A stretch of DNA of 37,730 bases, from assembly GCA_020052735.1 (NCBI GenBank), contig JAGVON010000067.1:1-37730 (forward strand), in the 5' to 3' direction. The translations under genes and the position numbers were made by a program. This DNA comes from an archaeon (GTDB lineage Archaea > Micrarchaeota > Micrarchaeia > Anstonellales > Bilamarchaeaceae). This document shows, one piece after another, positions 1 through 8,447 of the stretch (position 1 is its first letter; each line of letters starts with the position of its first letter). Below the pieces are notes generated by a model. It was given only the letters and a program-made list of their open reading frames with translations. It had not been told where the DNA came from and ran no database searches.

Positions 1-561
1 AAGATGCACACTTCGCGCAGGGATGCATTCCAATCGGTGAATGTTCCGCCGCTGGCTAAAGTGGATTACAGGAGCGGGCTGATAGAGCCATATATGAAAT
101 ATAAGGAAAGGGGCGGGAAGCTGAAGTTTGACAATAGGGTAAATGAGAACGTTGCGATGGTTTATACGTATCCGGGGATACATCCGGAATTCGTGGACAA
201 ATTGTCGGATTATGATGGGATAGTTATTGTAGGGACCGGAATAGGGCACGTGCCCACCAACCCCTTCGGGGACAAATTGGCGAAGAGGATAACCCCGAAC
301 CTTAAGGCGCTCGTGGATTCCGGAATACCTGTTGCATTTGCATCCCAGTGCATATTTGGGCGCATAAACATGGATATGTATGCGGCGGGAAGGATGCTGC
401 AGGATGCGGGGGTGTTCGGGCATCTGATGGACTGGACTCCGGAAACGGCTTATGCGAAGATGTGCTGGGTGCTTGGGCATGAGAAGAAAATGGAGAAAGT
501 GAAGGAAGAGATGATGAGGAATATCGCTGGCGAGATTACGGAGAGGAGCGAAGTGCTATGA
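1..561 (+). CDS. gatD: Glutamyl-tRNA(Gln) amidotransferase subunit D, 5'-truncated by the window edge
   Basis: Frame is open from base 1. Contains KMHTSRRDAF, GTGIGHV and SQCIFGRINMDMY, typical of the asparaginase-like GatD. Overlaps gatE by ATGA. Confidence 0.95.
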   Translation, partial: KMHTSRRDAFQSVNVPPLAKVDYRSGLIEPYMKYKERGGKLKFDNRVNENVAMVYTYPGIHPEFVDKLSDYDGIVIVGTGIGHVPTNPFGDKLAKRITPNLKALVDSGIPVAFASQCIFGRINMDMYAAGRMLQDAGVFGHLMDWTPETAYAKMCWVLGHEKKMEKVKEEMMRNIAGEITERSEVL

Positions 562-2360
562 AGTGCGGCCTAGAGATTCACCAGCGCCTTGATACGGGCA
601 AGCTCTTTTGCAGGTGCTCTTCCGAGCTTGCTGAGCAGGAGAAAAAGCCCGGGGAAAAAGCAGAGGAGCGGAAGCCGGATTACAAATTCAGGAGGAGGTT
701 GCGCGCAAGCGCTGGGGAGATGGGCGAGCTGGACATCGCGGCGCAGGCTGAGCAGGAGAAGGAGAAGGAATTCCATTACGACGGATTCGTTGAGAGCTGC
801 TGCCTCGTGGAGGCGGACGAGGAGCCGCCCCTGGATATGGATGCGGAGGCGCTCCGCATTGTGCTGGGGATTGCGCAGCAACTGCACATGGACGTGTGCG
901 ACCAGCTGCACGTGATGAGGAAAATCGTCGTGGACGGGAGCAACACTTCCGGTTTCCAGCGCACTTGCCTCGTGGCTACGGGCGGATATTTGGATACTTC
1001 TAAGGGAAAAGTTAGGATATCCACGGTTGCGGTGGAAGAGGAAAGCTCCGGGATTGTTGCGGAGGAGGCGCACATAAAACACTATAGGTTGGACAGGCTG
1101 GGAATTCCACTTATTGAGCTTGCTACCGAGCCGGACATCGTGGATGCAGAGCATTGCAAGGAAACCGCGGAGAAGATTGGGCTGATTTTGCGTGCGACAG
1201 GGAAGGTGGCGCGGGGGATAGGGACGATAAGGCAGGATGTCAATGTTTCCACGGAGAAAGGGGCGCGCGTGGAGATAAAGGGCGCGCAGGACTTGAGGGC
1301 CATTCCGCTTTATGTGCAAAATGAAGTGGGGAGGCAGGAGGAATTGCTGAAGGTTATTGATGAAGTGAAGAAGCGGATTGGGGATAAGGAGATTAAGCCG
1401 AAAGTGATTGACCTTACGAAAACCTTTGCGAAGACGGATTGTGCGCTGATAACAAAAGGGCTGGAAGCCGGGGGGCACGTGCTCGGGATAAAATTGGAGG
1501 GGCACGAGGGATTGATTGGGCGCGAGTTGCTTCCGGGAAGAAGATATGGAACGGAACTTAGCGATTATGCGAAGAGCGCGGGAGTGAAAGGGATTATCCA
1601 TAGCGACGAGGATTTTGTAAAGTATAAGATTTCTGATGCGGAACGGGAAGCGGTGCGCAAGGCGCTGGGAGTGAAAAAAGGCGATGCGTTCGCGATGGTC
1701 GTTGCGCACAAATCCACCGCCGAGCGCGCATTGCACAAAGTGGTTGAGCGGGCGAACATGCGCCGCGTTCCTGAGGAAACGAGGAAGGCGAACCAGGATG
1801 GAACTTCCTCCTTCATGCGGCCGCTCGCTGGAAGGGCGCGCATGTACCCGGAAACGGATTTGCAGACGATAGAGATTACGGATAAATTGCTGAACGAAGC
1901 GAAACAAGCTGCGGGCGGAGGGTTGGAGGAGAAGGAGAAAAAGCTGCGCGGCATCCTGAACCCTGAGATGGCGGGCAGGATGCTGAAGTCCAGGAATCTG
2001 CAATTGTTTGAGGGGCTTGTGGATGCTGGAGCGGAGCCGATGCTCGCCGCGGGCACTCTTGAGCAGACGCTGGTGGAGTTGAGGAGGGAAGGATTGGAAT
2101 TGAGGAATCCGAAGGAGGACTTGGCTGCGCTGTTTGACGAATACAAACAAGGGTTGTTTGTGAAGGCGGCAATACCGGATGTTTTGCGCGGGATGTGCGG
2201 CGGAAAAAAGGTGCGCGAGGCTGCGAAGGGAATGGAAAGGATTACGGGCGCGGAATTGAAGAAATTGGTGAAGGAAAAGAAGGATTTCGGCGCGATAATG
2301 CGCGAGTACAGGTTGCGGGTTGATGCGGGCGAGCTGAAAAAGGCAATGGAAGGCCAATAG
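558..2360 (+). CDS. gatE: Glutamyl-tRNA(Gln) amidotransferase subunit E
   Basis: Motifs KCGLEIHQRL, RKIVVDGSNTSGFQRT, RLDRLGIPLIE, GIGTIRQDVNVS and ARMYPETD. Directly follows gatD. Confidence 0.97.
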   Translation: MKCGLEIHQRLDTGKLFCRCSSELAEQEKKPGEKAEERKPDYKFRRRLRASAGEMGELDIAAQAEQEKEKEFHYDGFVESCCLVEADEEPPLDMDAEALRIVLGIAQQLHMDVCDQLHVMRKIVVDGSNTSGFQRTCLVATGGYLDTSKGKVRISTVAVEEESSGIVAEEAHIKHYRLDRLGIPLIELATEPDIVDAEHCKETAEKIGLILRATGKVARGIGTIRQDVNVSTEKGARVEIKGAQDLRAIPLYVQNEVGRQEELLKVIDEVKKRIGDKEIKPKVIDLTKTFAKTDCALITKGLEAGGHVLGIKLEGHEGLIGRELLPGRRYGTELSDYAKSAGVKGIIHSDEDFVKYKISDAEREAVRKALGVKKGDAFAMVVAHKSTAERALHKVVERANMRRVPEETRKANQDGTSSFMRPLAGRARMYPETDLQTIEITDKLLNEAKQAAGGGLEEKEKKLRGILNPEMAGRMLKSRNLQLFEGLVDAGAEPMLAAGTLEQTLVELRREGLELRNPKEDLAALFDEYKQGLFVKAAIPDVLRGMCGGKKVREAAKGMERITGAELKKLVKEKKDFGAIMREYRLRVDAGELKKAMEGQ

Positions 2361-2411
2361 AAATCCTTTAAAAATACGTCCCAGAAACTATTAAGTTCAT
2401 TGGTAGATTCT

Positions 2412-2885
2412 ATGAAGAAGACGATTGATGCGATTGTTGAAGGCGGAAAGGCGACTTCGGGCCCCCCTCTGGGGCCTGCGCTTGGGCCCATGGGCATAAA
2501 CGCGGGCCAGGTCGTGGCTAAGATTAACGAGATGACGAAGGCATTCTCCGGCATGAAGGTGCCGGTAAAGGTCACCGTTAATACGGATGACAAGTCCTTT
2601 GAGGTCCATGTGGGCAGCCCTCCCACCTCCGAGCTTGTGAAAAAGGAGGCGGGGATAGAGAAGGGCGGCGCGACCGCGGAGGCGCCCGCAGGCAACATCT
2701 CCTTTGAGGGGCTCGTTAAGATTGCGAAGGGCAAAAAAAACAATTCCCTTGGCAAGAGCCTGAAGGACGTCGCGAAGGAGGTCGCAGGCACGTGCAAAAG
2801 CTTAGGGGTAACGATAGACGGGAAGAACCCGAAGGAAGCCATACGTGAGATTGACGGCGGGAAGCACGACTCTGTCCTGAAGTGA
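2412..2885 (+). CDS. rpl11: 50S ribosomal protein L11 (uL11), archaeal type
   Basis: Motifs VEGGKATSGPPLGPALGPMGIN, GMKVPVKV and KEVAGTCKSLGVTIDG. ATG at 2412 is preferred over TTG at 2400. Confidence 0.96.
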   Translation: MKKTIDAIVEGGKATSGPPLGPALGPMGINAGQVVAKINEMTKAFSGMKVPVKVTVNTDDKSFEVHVGSPPTSELVKKEAGIEKGGATAEAPAGNISFEGLVKIAKGKKNNSLGKSLKDVAKEVAGTCKSLGVTIDGKNPKEAIREIDGGKHDSVLK

Positions 2886-2889
2886 GCTG

Positions 2890-4446
2890 ATGAGGGGCGC
2901 GCTTCCGCTTCTATTGCTCCTTTCCCTCCTTTCATTTTCATTTGCGGGCGAGCTGTGGAGCTACAGGGTGGACGGGGCGGCGATTGTGCAGCCCGCGGTG
3001 GTGGGCGGCAACGCGGTGGTCGGCACCGGCAACGGTGCGGTTTATGCGCTCAGCCAGGGGCAGGCGAGATGGACGCAGAGGTTCAACGGCAGCGTGTACG
3101 CCATTTCAGCACTTGGGGACAGGGCGATTGTGGCTGTGGGAAACAAGGTTTATGCGATAGGGCCCACGGGCGCGGTCCTCTGGAACGCGGATGCGAGGGG
3201 GGTGCGGGGGATTTCCGCATCCGACAAAGTATATGTATCTTATGAGTCGGGGGTAAAGGCGCTGGACGAGAGGGGCCAGCTCTCATGGTTCTACAATGCG
3301 ACGTCGCCCACGGAGCCGTCCTCCGAGGCAGCCGGATACGTGGTGTTCGGGAGCGGGGACAAGGTCGTCGCGCTGAGGAGCGACGGGCAGAAGTTCTGGG
3401 AAAAGGAGGTGGGCACGTTCTGGGACGTGGCGCCCCTCGTATGGTCCGGGACGGTTTTTGCCGGGACCTCGGAAGGGAATTTGTATTCATTAAACCTCTA
3501 TACCGGGCAGGTCCTTTGGGAATACCGCGGGGGGGACATGATAACGACCACGCCGGCGCATGCGGGCGCATACATCATTTTCGGGACCGCGGGCGGAAAG
3601 GTGTATGCGGTAAATAACGGCGAACTGGCCTGGGCCTCCAGAGTGGACGGGATGGTGAACGGAAAAATAGTGGTTGATGGAAACGTGGCGTACCTTTCCA
3701 CGAGGAAGAGCTTGTACGCGATAAACGTCGCGGATGGGAGCGTCCTGATGCGCAGGCAGTTCATTGACTGGCCCAGCCCGCCGGCGCTTGCCGGGGGTGC
3801 GGTTGTGCTCGGGACCGCGGAAGGGAAGGTTTATGCGATAGATTCCTCGCGCGGATGCGGATTCATCTCCCCTGCCCCGGATTCCGTGGTGGGCAATGCG
3901 GACGTCCGGGTGCTTGGGAGCAGCTTCTCCAAATCCGCTGGTGTGAAGACATACCTGCGGCTGAACGGTGGGGAATGGGGCGAGGTTGGGGCGGAGGAAT
4001 GGGAATACACCCTTAATCCGTCTGCGTTCCCGTTCGGGGTGATTTCCCTTGAATGTTATGTATCCGATTCCGCGGGGCAGGAGAATGCGCCCTTCAGTTC
4101 TATCACTCTTATCAAGGGGGAAACAGCGGAGCCGGAGATGCGCGTGCAGTACCCCAGCGCCGCGAAGGAGGGCGAGCCCTTCACCATAACCGTCGTCGGG
4201 ATGGACGGGGAACCGCTGGAGGATGTGAGCGCCACCCTGGGAGGGCAGTCGTTTGAGGGGGACGGCGAGATAACCATCACCCCGGGCGTGAGCGGGCGCA
4301 GCGAAGTCACTGTCTCAAAAAGGGGCTATGAGGATGCGAAATTCACCGTGGATGTGAAGCCGCAGCCCACCCTTGCTTACGTGGCGGCCGCGGTTTTCCT
4401 TCTGGCTGCCGCTGGATATGCTTATTTCGGGTACATCAAAAAGTAA
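2890..4446 (+). CDS. Secreted PQQ-like (BamB-type) beta-propeller repeat protein with Ig-like domains and a C-terminal membrane anchor
   Basis: Signal peptide. Repeated G-x-V-Y-A-L...G...W blades. Beta-rich C-terminal part. Hydrophobic tail ending in YIKK. Confidence 0.8.
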   Translation: MRGALPLLLLLSLLSFSFAGELWSYRVDGAAIVQPAVVGGNAVVGTGNGAVYALSQGQARWTQRFNGSVYAISALGDRAIVAVGNKVYAIGPTGAVLWNADARGVRGISASDKVYVSYESGVKALDERGQLSWFYNATSPTEPSSEAAGYVVFGSGDKVVALRSDGQKFWEKEVGTFWDVAPLVWSGTVFAGTSEGNLYSLNLYTGQVLWEYRGGDMITTTPAHAGAYIIFGTAGGKVYAVNNGELAWASRVDGMVNGKIVVDGNVAYLSTRKSLYAINVADGSVLMRRQFIDWPSPPALAGGAVVLGTAEGKVYAIDSSRGCGFISPAPDSVVGNADVRVLGSSFSKSAGVKTYLRLNGGEWGEVGAEEWEYTLNPSAFPFGVISLECYVSDSAGQENAPFSSITLIKGETAEPEMRVQYPSAAKEGEPFTITVVGMDGEPLEDVSATLGGQSFEGDGEITITPGVSGRSEVTVSKRGYEDAKFTVDVKPQPTLAYVAAAVFLLAAAGYAYFGYIKK

Positions 4447-4461
4447 GAACGGGGGCTGGGA

Positions 4462-4716
4462 TTACAGTTCAACCCTGTCCACGGAAGTGACCTGGACCTG
4501 GCTTACCCCTTCTATCGCAGCTATCTTTTCCTCAATCGCGTCCACGCCGTCCGCCTCTTCCATGAGGAAGCGTATGGAAAGCGCCTTCACCCCGAAGCCG
4601 ATGTCCTCCTCCTTGGATTCAACGACCTGGACCACCTTGGAGACCGCCTCCTTGAGCGCCTCAAGCGCGGAGGGGTCCTCTGGGAACACCTTGAGAGTTA
4701 CGGATACCTTTGCCAT
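4462..4716 (-). CDS. ef1b: Translation elongation factor 1-beta
   Basis: MAKVSVTLKVFPE...EDIGFGVKAL...IEGVSQVQV. ATG at 4716 lies 4 nt after the Zn-ribbon gene stop. Confidence 0.93.
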   Translation of the reverse strand: MAKVSVTLKVFPEDPSALEALKEAVSKVVQVVESKEEDIGFGVKALSIRFLMEEADGVDAIEEKIAAIEGVSQVQVTSVDRVEL

Positions 4717-4720
4717 CCTA

Positions 4721-4867
4721 TCACGGACCCTCAAACCCGCAGCTGCTCTTGTAGGGGTTCCTTATCTCCCTGCAGTGGTTGCACCTTATTATCCTCTCTT
4801 CGCATTGGGGGCACGGGAACTCCGCGTAATCCTTTGCCAGCCTTCCGCACGTTGAGCATCTCTTCAT
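4721..4867 (-). CDS. Small Zn-ribbon protein (DUF1610/HVO_2753-like), 48 aa; not in the ORF track
   Basis: Manual translation gives MKRCSTCGRLAKDYAEFPCPQCEERIIRCNHCREIRNPYKSSCGFEGP*. It has CxxC motifs and a CGFEGP end, sits in the usual position upstream of EF-1beta, and has a GGTGA SD-like motif upstream. Confidence 0.88.
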   Translation of the reverse strand: MKRCSTCGRLAKDYAEFPCPQCEERIIRCNHCREIRNPYKSSCGFEGP

Positions 4868-4936
4868 TCATTCACCTAATTTGCTAAAAAGTATAATGAA
4901 GTTGGTGGGATATGTTTTTAATAACTTGTCTGCCAT

Positions 4937-6268
4937 CCGAATGTCAAGAAATCCGTGTCATTCGACCTCCGCCCGGATTTTACGTCGGGCGCCAGCCGAA
5001 CTTTCAGGGCGCGGATGAATTGGCCACCCTTTTCCATGTTTGATTACTGGCATCACCGGAGGGGAGGTCTCCCCTTGTTTATAAACAACCTTTACACCAA
5101 GTTCTTGTATGGGAGCAAGAGCATGGAAGTTTCGCATCTACCCATCCAAATCCCAGGAGAAATGCCTGGAGCAGCACCTGTACGGCTGCAAGGAGTTGTG
5201 GAACCAGCTCTTAGAATACACAAAAAATTGCCATGAGGAAACAGGCAAATTCCCAACGCGTCGGCAGCTCTACCTGCAAACAAAAGGAACACCCGTGTTC
5301 TCCCAAGTCGCACAGAATGTCGCGGACCGTCTTTTCAAATCCATAAGAGGCATGATGCTCAAGAAGAAAGCCGGAAAAATTGCAGGATTCCCAAGGTTCA
5401 AGCCGATTGAAAGAATGAAATCCCTAACTTATCCACAGTTTGGCTTCAAACTTGATAGGCGTATTAACCTTTCTGGCATAGGAAGCATTCCAATCAAAAA
5501 ACACAGGGAAATTGAGGGAAATGTGAAGACACTTACTGTAAAGAGGATGCCATCAGGAAAATGGTTTGCTGTCTTCACCTCAGAAGTAGAAGGGATGCAA
5601 GCTCCCAAAAAACAGAGTTCTGCCATGGGCATGGATCTGGGAATTGAGCATTTCGCCTACTTGAGCGATGGAGAATCCATAGAAAATCCGAGGCACCTGA
5701 AAGCGGCGGAGCAAAGACTGAAGGATGCGCGAAAGCATTTATCCAAGAAAAAGAAGGGCAGCAATAATAAGAGGAAGGCAAGAATAAAGGTTGCAATTGT
5801 CTATGAGAAGCTTGCAAACAGGAGGAGAGATTTCCTGCACAAAACAAGCAGGAAGCTGGTGGAGAAATATTCTTTCATTGCAATGGAAAACCTGAATAGC
5901 GCTGGAATGGCGAAGGGTTTCCTTGCAAAGAGCGTACTGGACTGTAGTTGGGCAGAGTTCGCCGGCATGCTTCATTACAAAGCGGAGGAAGCTGGTTGCG
6001 AGGTCGTGCTTGTTGAGCCCGCCCATACTTCACAAATGTGCAGTAACTGCGGTTCGGTGCGCAAGAAATCGCTTGCAGAGAGGTGGCACAGGTGCGCATG
6101 CGGCGCATCCATGCATCGCGACCTCAATGCGGCGAAAAACATACTCAACAGAGCTACCCTAGGGCACAGGGAAAGTAACGCCTCTGGAAAAGAAACCTCT
6201 ACCCGCAGATGGGCAAGTGTCTTCTATGAAAGAGGAAGCTCCGCCCTTTAAGGTGGGGAGCATGTCAC
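4937..6268 (+). mobile_element. Non-autonomous IS200/IS605-family element (tnpB only; left boundary approximate)
   Basis: Contains tnpB. Right-end hairpin GAAG-CTCCGCCCTTTAAGGTGGGGAG-CATG-TCAC ends at 6268. A left-end-like imperfect hairpin spans 4943-5024 (ATCCGTGTC...TTCAGGGCGCGGATGAATTG). Slightly AT-richer than the flanks. No intact tnpA. Confidence 0.8.
5109..6251 (+). CDS. tnpB: RNA-guided endonuclease TnpB
   Basis: N-terminal KFRIYP HTH region, GFPRFK, RuvC-I GMDLG, RuvC-II AMENL, Zn finger CSNC...CAC and RuvC-III RDLNAAKNI. All three catalytic acidic residues are present. TTTATAAA box at ~5078-5085. Confidence 0.95.
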   Translation: MGARAWKFRIYPSKSQEKCLEQHLYGCKELWNQLLEYTKNCHEETGKFPTRRQLYLQTKGTPVFSQVAQNVADRLFKSIRGMMLKKKAGKIAGFPRFKPIERMKSLTYPQFGFKLDRRINLSGIGSIPIKKHREIEGNVKTLTVKRMPSGKWFAVFTSEVEGMQAPKKQSSAMGMDLGIEHFAYLSDGESIENPRHLKAAEQRLKDARKHLSKKKKGSNNKRKARIKVAIVYEKLANRRRDFLHKTSRKLVEKYSFIAMENLNSAGMAKGFLAKSVLDCSWAEFAGMLHYKAEEAGCEVVLVEPAHTSQMCSNCGSVRKKSLAERWHRCACGASMHRDLNAAKNILNRATLGHRESNASGKETSTRRWASVFYERGSSAL

Positions 6269-6288
6269 GGCTGCTTTTTCCGCCTTCG
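6110..6288 (+). ncRNA. Predicted TnpB omegaRNA/reRNA (scaffold ends at TCAC 6268; guide from the flank, GGCTGCTTTTTCCGCC...)
   Basis: Established TnpB biology: the reRNA overlaps the tnpB 3' end and right end and reads into flanking DNA. The 5' boundary is a guess. Confidence 0.55.
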
Positions 6289-7137
6289 CGCGGGTGCGGG
6301 CGCCTGCGGCTCGGCCTTCGCCCTTTCCGCCAATTCAACGAGGTTCTCCATCAGCATTATGACGGTGAGGGGGCCCACGCCTCCGGGAACGGGGCTCACG
6401 TTCGCCTTCCTGCTCACGGTGTCAAAATCCACGTCGCCCACCATCTTTGCGCCCAATTTGGTGGTGCCAACGTCTATTATGTTCGCGCCCCCCTTCACCA
6501 TGTCGGATTTTATGAGGTAGGGGCTTCCCACCGCTACGATAAGAATGTCCGCCCTGCGCGTATGCTCCGCGAGGTTCTTCGTCTTGCTGTGGCAGAGCGT
6601 CACCGTGGCGTTGCGGTTGGTAAGAAGATAGGAGATGGGCTTGCCGACCATGTTGCTCCTTCCCACTACGACGGCTTCCGCGCCGGCTACGGGAATTTTG
6701 TAATAATCAATCAGGCGCATTATGCCCTTGGGGGTTGCTGAGGCGGTTGCAGGGCTTCCCTGCGCGAGGTTCCCCAAATTTAATGGATGGAGGCCGTCCG
6801 CATCCTTCCTCGCATCTATCGCAGAGATGATTTTGAGGGAATTTATCTGCTTGGGGAGCGGCATCTGCACTATGAAGCCGTGCACGGAATTGTCCGAGTT
6901 CAATTTTGAGACGAGGGATAGCAGTTCCTCCTCGGTCGTGGTCTCGGAGAGGTGGTGCAGCCTCCCCCTTATCCCTATGTCCCCCGCCTTGTTCAGCTTC
7001 TTCTCAACATAGGTGCGGGAGGCGGGGTCGTCCCCAACCATCACTATGTCCAGGCCAGGCGTGAATCCGAGTGCATCCACCCTCTTCTTGAGCTCCTCCT
7101 CTATTTCGGCCGCGACCGCCTTTCCCGAGAGTATCAT
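6265..7137 (-). CDS. folD: Bifunctional methylenetetrahydrofolate dehydrogenase/cyclohydrolase
   Basis: Motifs VGDDPASRTYV, VHGFIVQMPLP, KDADGLHP, VVVGRSNMVGKP and SPVPGGVGPLTV. Confidence 0.96.
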   Translation of the reverse strand: MILSGKAVAAEIEEELKKRVDALGFTPGLDIVMVGDDPASRTYVEKKLNKAGDIGIRGRLHHLSETTTEEELLSLVSKLNSDNSVHGFIVQMPLPKQINSLKIISAIDARKDADGLHPLNLGNLAQGSPATASATPKGIMRLIDYYKIPVAGAEAVVVGRSNMVGKPISYLLTNRNATVTLCHSKTKNLAEHTRRADILIVAVGSPYLIKSDMVKGGANIIDVGTTKLGAKMVGDVDFDTVSRKANVSPVPGGVGPLTVIMLMENLVELAERAKAEPQAPAPARRRKKQP

Positions 7138-7144
7138 ATCCCAA

Positions 7145-8389
7145 TCATGCCCTTAAATCTTTATATATGGGGAACCTGGTGCAGAGCGCGAGCACGTCCT
7201 TCTGTATGGATGCAAGCGTGTCCGCGTTGTCCTTGTTCTTCAGCGCCTTCATTATGAGGGCGGCCACTTCTTTCATTTCGCTTTCCTTCATGCCCCTTGT
7301 GGTCATGGCGGGCGTGCCCAACCTTATGCCGCTCGTTATGAAGGGCTTCTGCGTATCATAGGGAATGGTGTTGCGGTTGCAGATTATGCCCGCGCGCTCA
7401 AGCACGGTCTGGGCGTCCTTCCCGGTTATGCCCAGGGAAGTCAGGTCAACGAGCACCATGTGGTTGTCCGTCCCTCCGGAGACCAGGCGGAGCCCGTGCG
7501 AGTTCAGCTCGTCCGCCAGCATCTTTGAGTTTTTGACAATCTGGTGCGCGTAGTCCTTGAAATCCTGCTGCATCGCGTTGTGGAAACACACGGCCTTTGC
7601 GGCGGTGACGTGGTCAAGGGGGCCGCCCTGCGCCCCGGGGAAAACCGCCTTGTCTATTTTCTGGGCGAAGTCCGCCTTGCACATTATGATTGCGCCCCTC
7701 GGGCCCCTCAACGTCTTGTGCGTGGTGGTTGTGATTACATCCGCATATTTGGCGGGCGAGACGTGGGAGCCGCCCGCAATCAATCCCGCGATGTGCGAGA
7801 TGTCCGCGAGCAGGAATGCGCCGCACGCGTCCGCGATTTCCCTGAACCTGTCAAAATGGACTGTCCTTGGATAGGCTGTGTATCCGCACACGATTACCTT
7901 GGGCTTCTGCTCCATGGCCTGCTTCTTTATGGTGTCGTAGTCCAGCATCTCCGTCTTCCTGTCCACCGCATAGCTCACCACCTTGTAGGTCTTGCCCGAG
8001 AAATTTACGGGCGAGCCGTGGGTTAGGTGCCCCCCCTGGGAGAGTTCCATGCCCATGAACGTGTCCCCGGATTCCATGATTGCGGCATAAGCGCAGTAGT
8101 TCGCGGTTGAGCCGGAATGCGGCTGGACGTTCGCGTGGTCCACCCCGAAGAGCCTCTTCGCGCGGTCTATCGCGATGTTCTCCACCTGGTCTATGAATTC
8201 ATTCCCTGCATAATAGCGTTTTCCTGGGTAGCCCTCGGAATATTTGTTTGTGAGCACGGAGCCGGTCGCCTGCAGGACTTCAACGGGCGTGTAGTTCTCG
8301 GAAGCGATGAGGTCTATGCACTCCTGCTGCCTCTTCAGCTCCTTTTCCACCAGCGCGTGTATTTCCGGATCCCGTTCCCTCAGTGACAT
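7145..8389 (-). CDS. glyA: Serine hydroxymethyltransferase
   Basis: Motifs LIASENY, NKYSEGYPGKRYY, GGHLTHGS, the PLP-lysine motif TTTTHKTLRGPRG, and SGIRLGTPAMTTRG. Confidence 0.98.
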   Translation of the reverse strand: MSLRERDPEIHALVEKELKRQQECIDLIASENYTPVEVLQATGSVLTNKYSEGYPGKRYYAGNEFIDQVENIAIDRAKRLFGVDHANVQPHSGSTANYCAYAAIMESGDTFMGMELSQGGHLTHGSPVNFSGKTYKVVSYAVDRKTEMLDYDTIKKQAMEQKPKVIVCGYTAYPRTVHFDRFREIADACGAFLLADISHIAGLIAGGSHVSPAKYADVITTTTHKTLRGPRGAIIMCKADFAQKIDKAVFPGAQGGPLDHVTAAKAVCFHNAMQQDFKDYAHQIVKNSKMLADELNSHGLRLVSGGTDNHMVLVDLTSLGITGKDAQTVLERAGIICNRNTIPYDTQKPFITSGIRLGTPAMTTRGMKESEMKEVAALIMKALKNKDNADTLASIQKDVLALCTRFPIYKDLRA

Positions 8390-8447
8390 GAAACCACATG
8401 CAGATTTGGGGACGAACCTTTAAAACAATTGCATACAAAATTGGTGC

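Noticed and set aside
570..2941. Long antisense ORFs (595 aa and 458 aa) opposite gatE/rpl11, and many similar shadow ORFs across the window
   Set aside because: They lie opposite clearly recognisable genes, have no motifs, and are expected from GC-rich codon bias.
5040..5075. TTGAT followed by a small GGGGAG/CTCCCC hairpin as an ISDra2-like TAM and left end
   Set aside because: The larger hairpin at 4943-5024 resembles the right end better, which places TTGAT inside the element. It cannot be fully excluded without an empty-site allele.
5109..6251. TnpB as a Cas12f or a nuclease-dead TldR-type regulator
   Set aside because: There is no CRISPR array, IS-type ends are present, and the RuvC D-E-D triad is intact.
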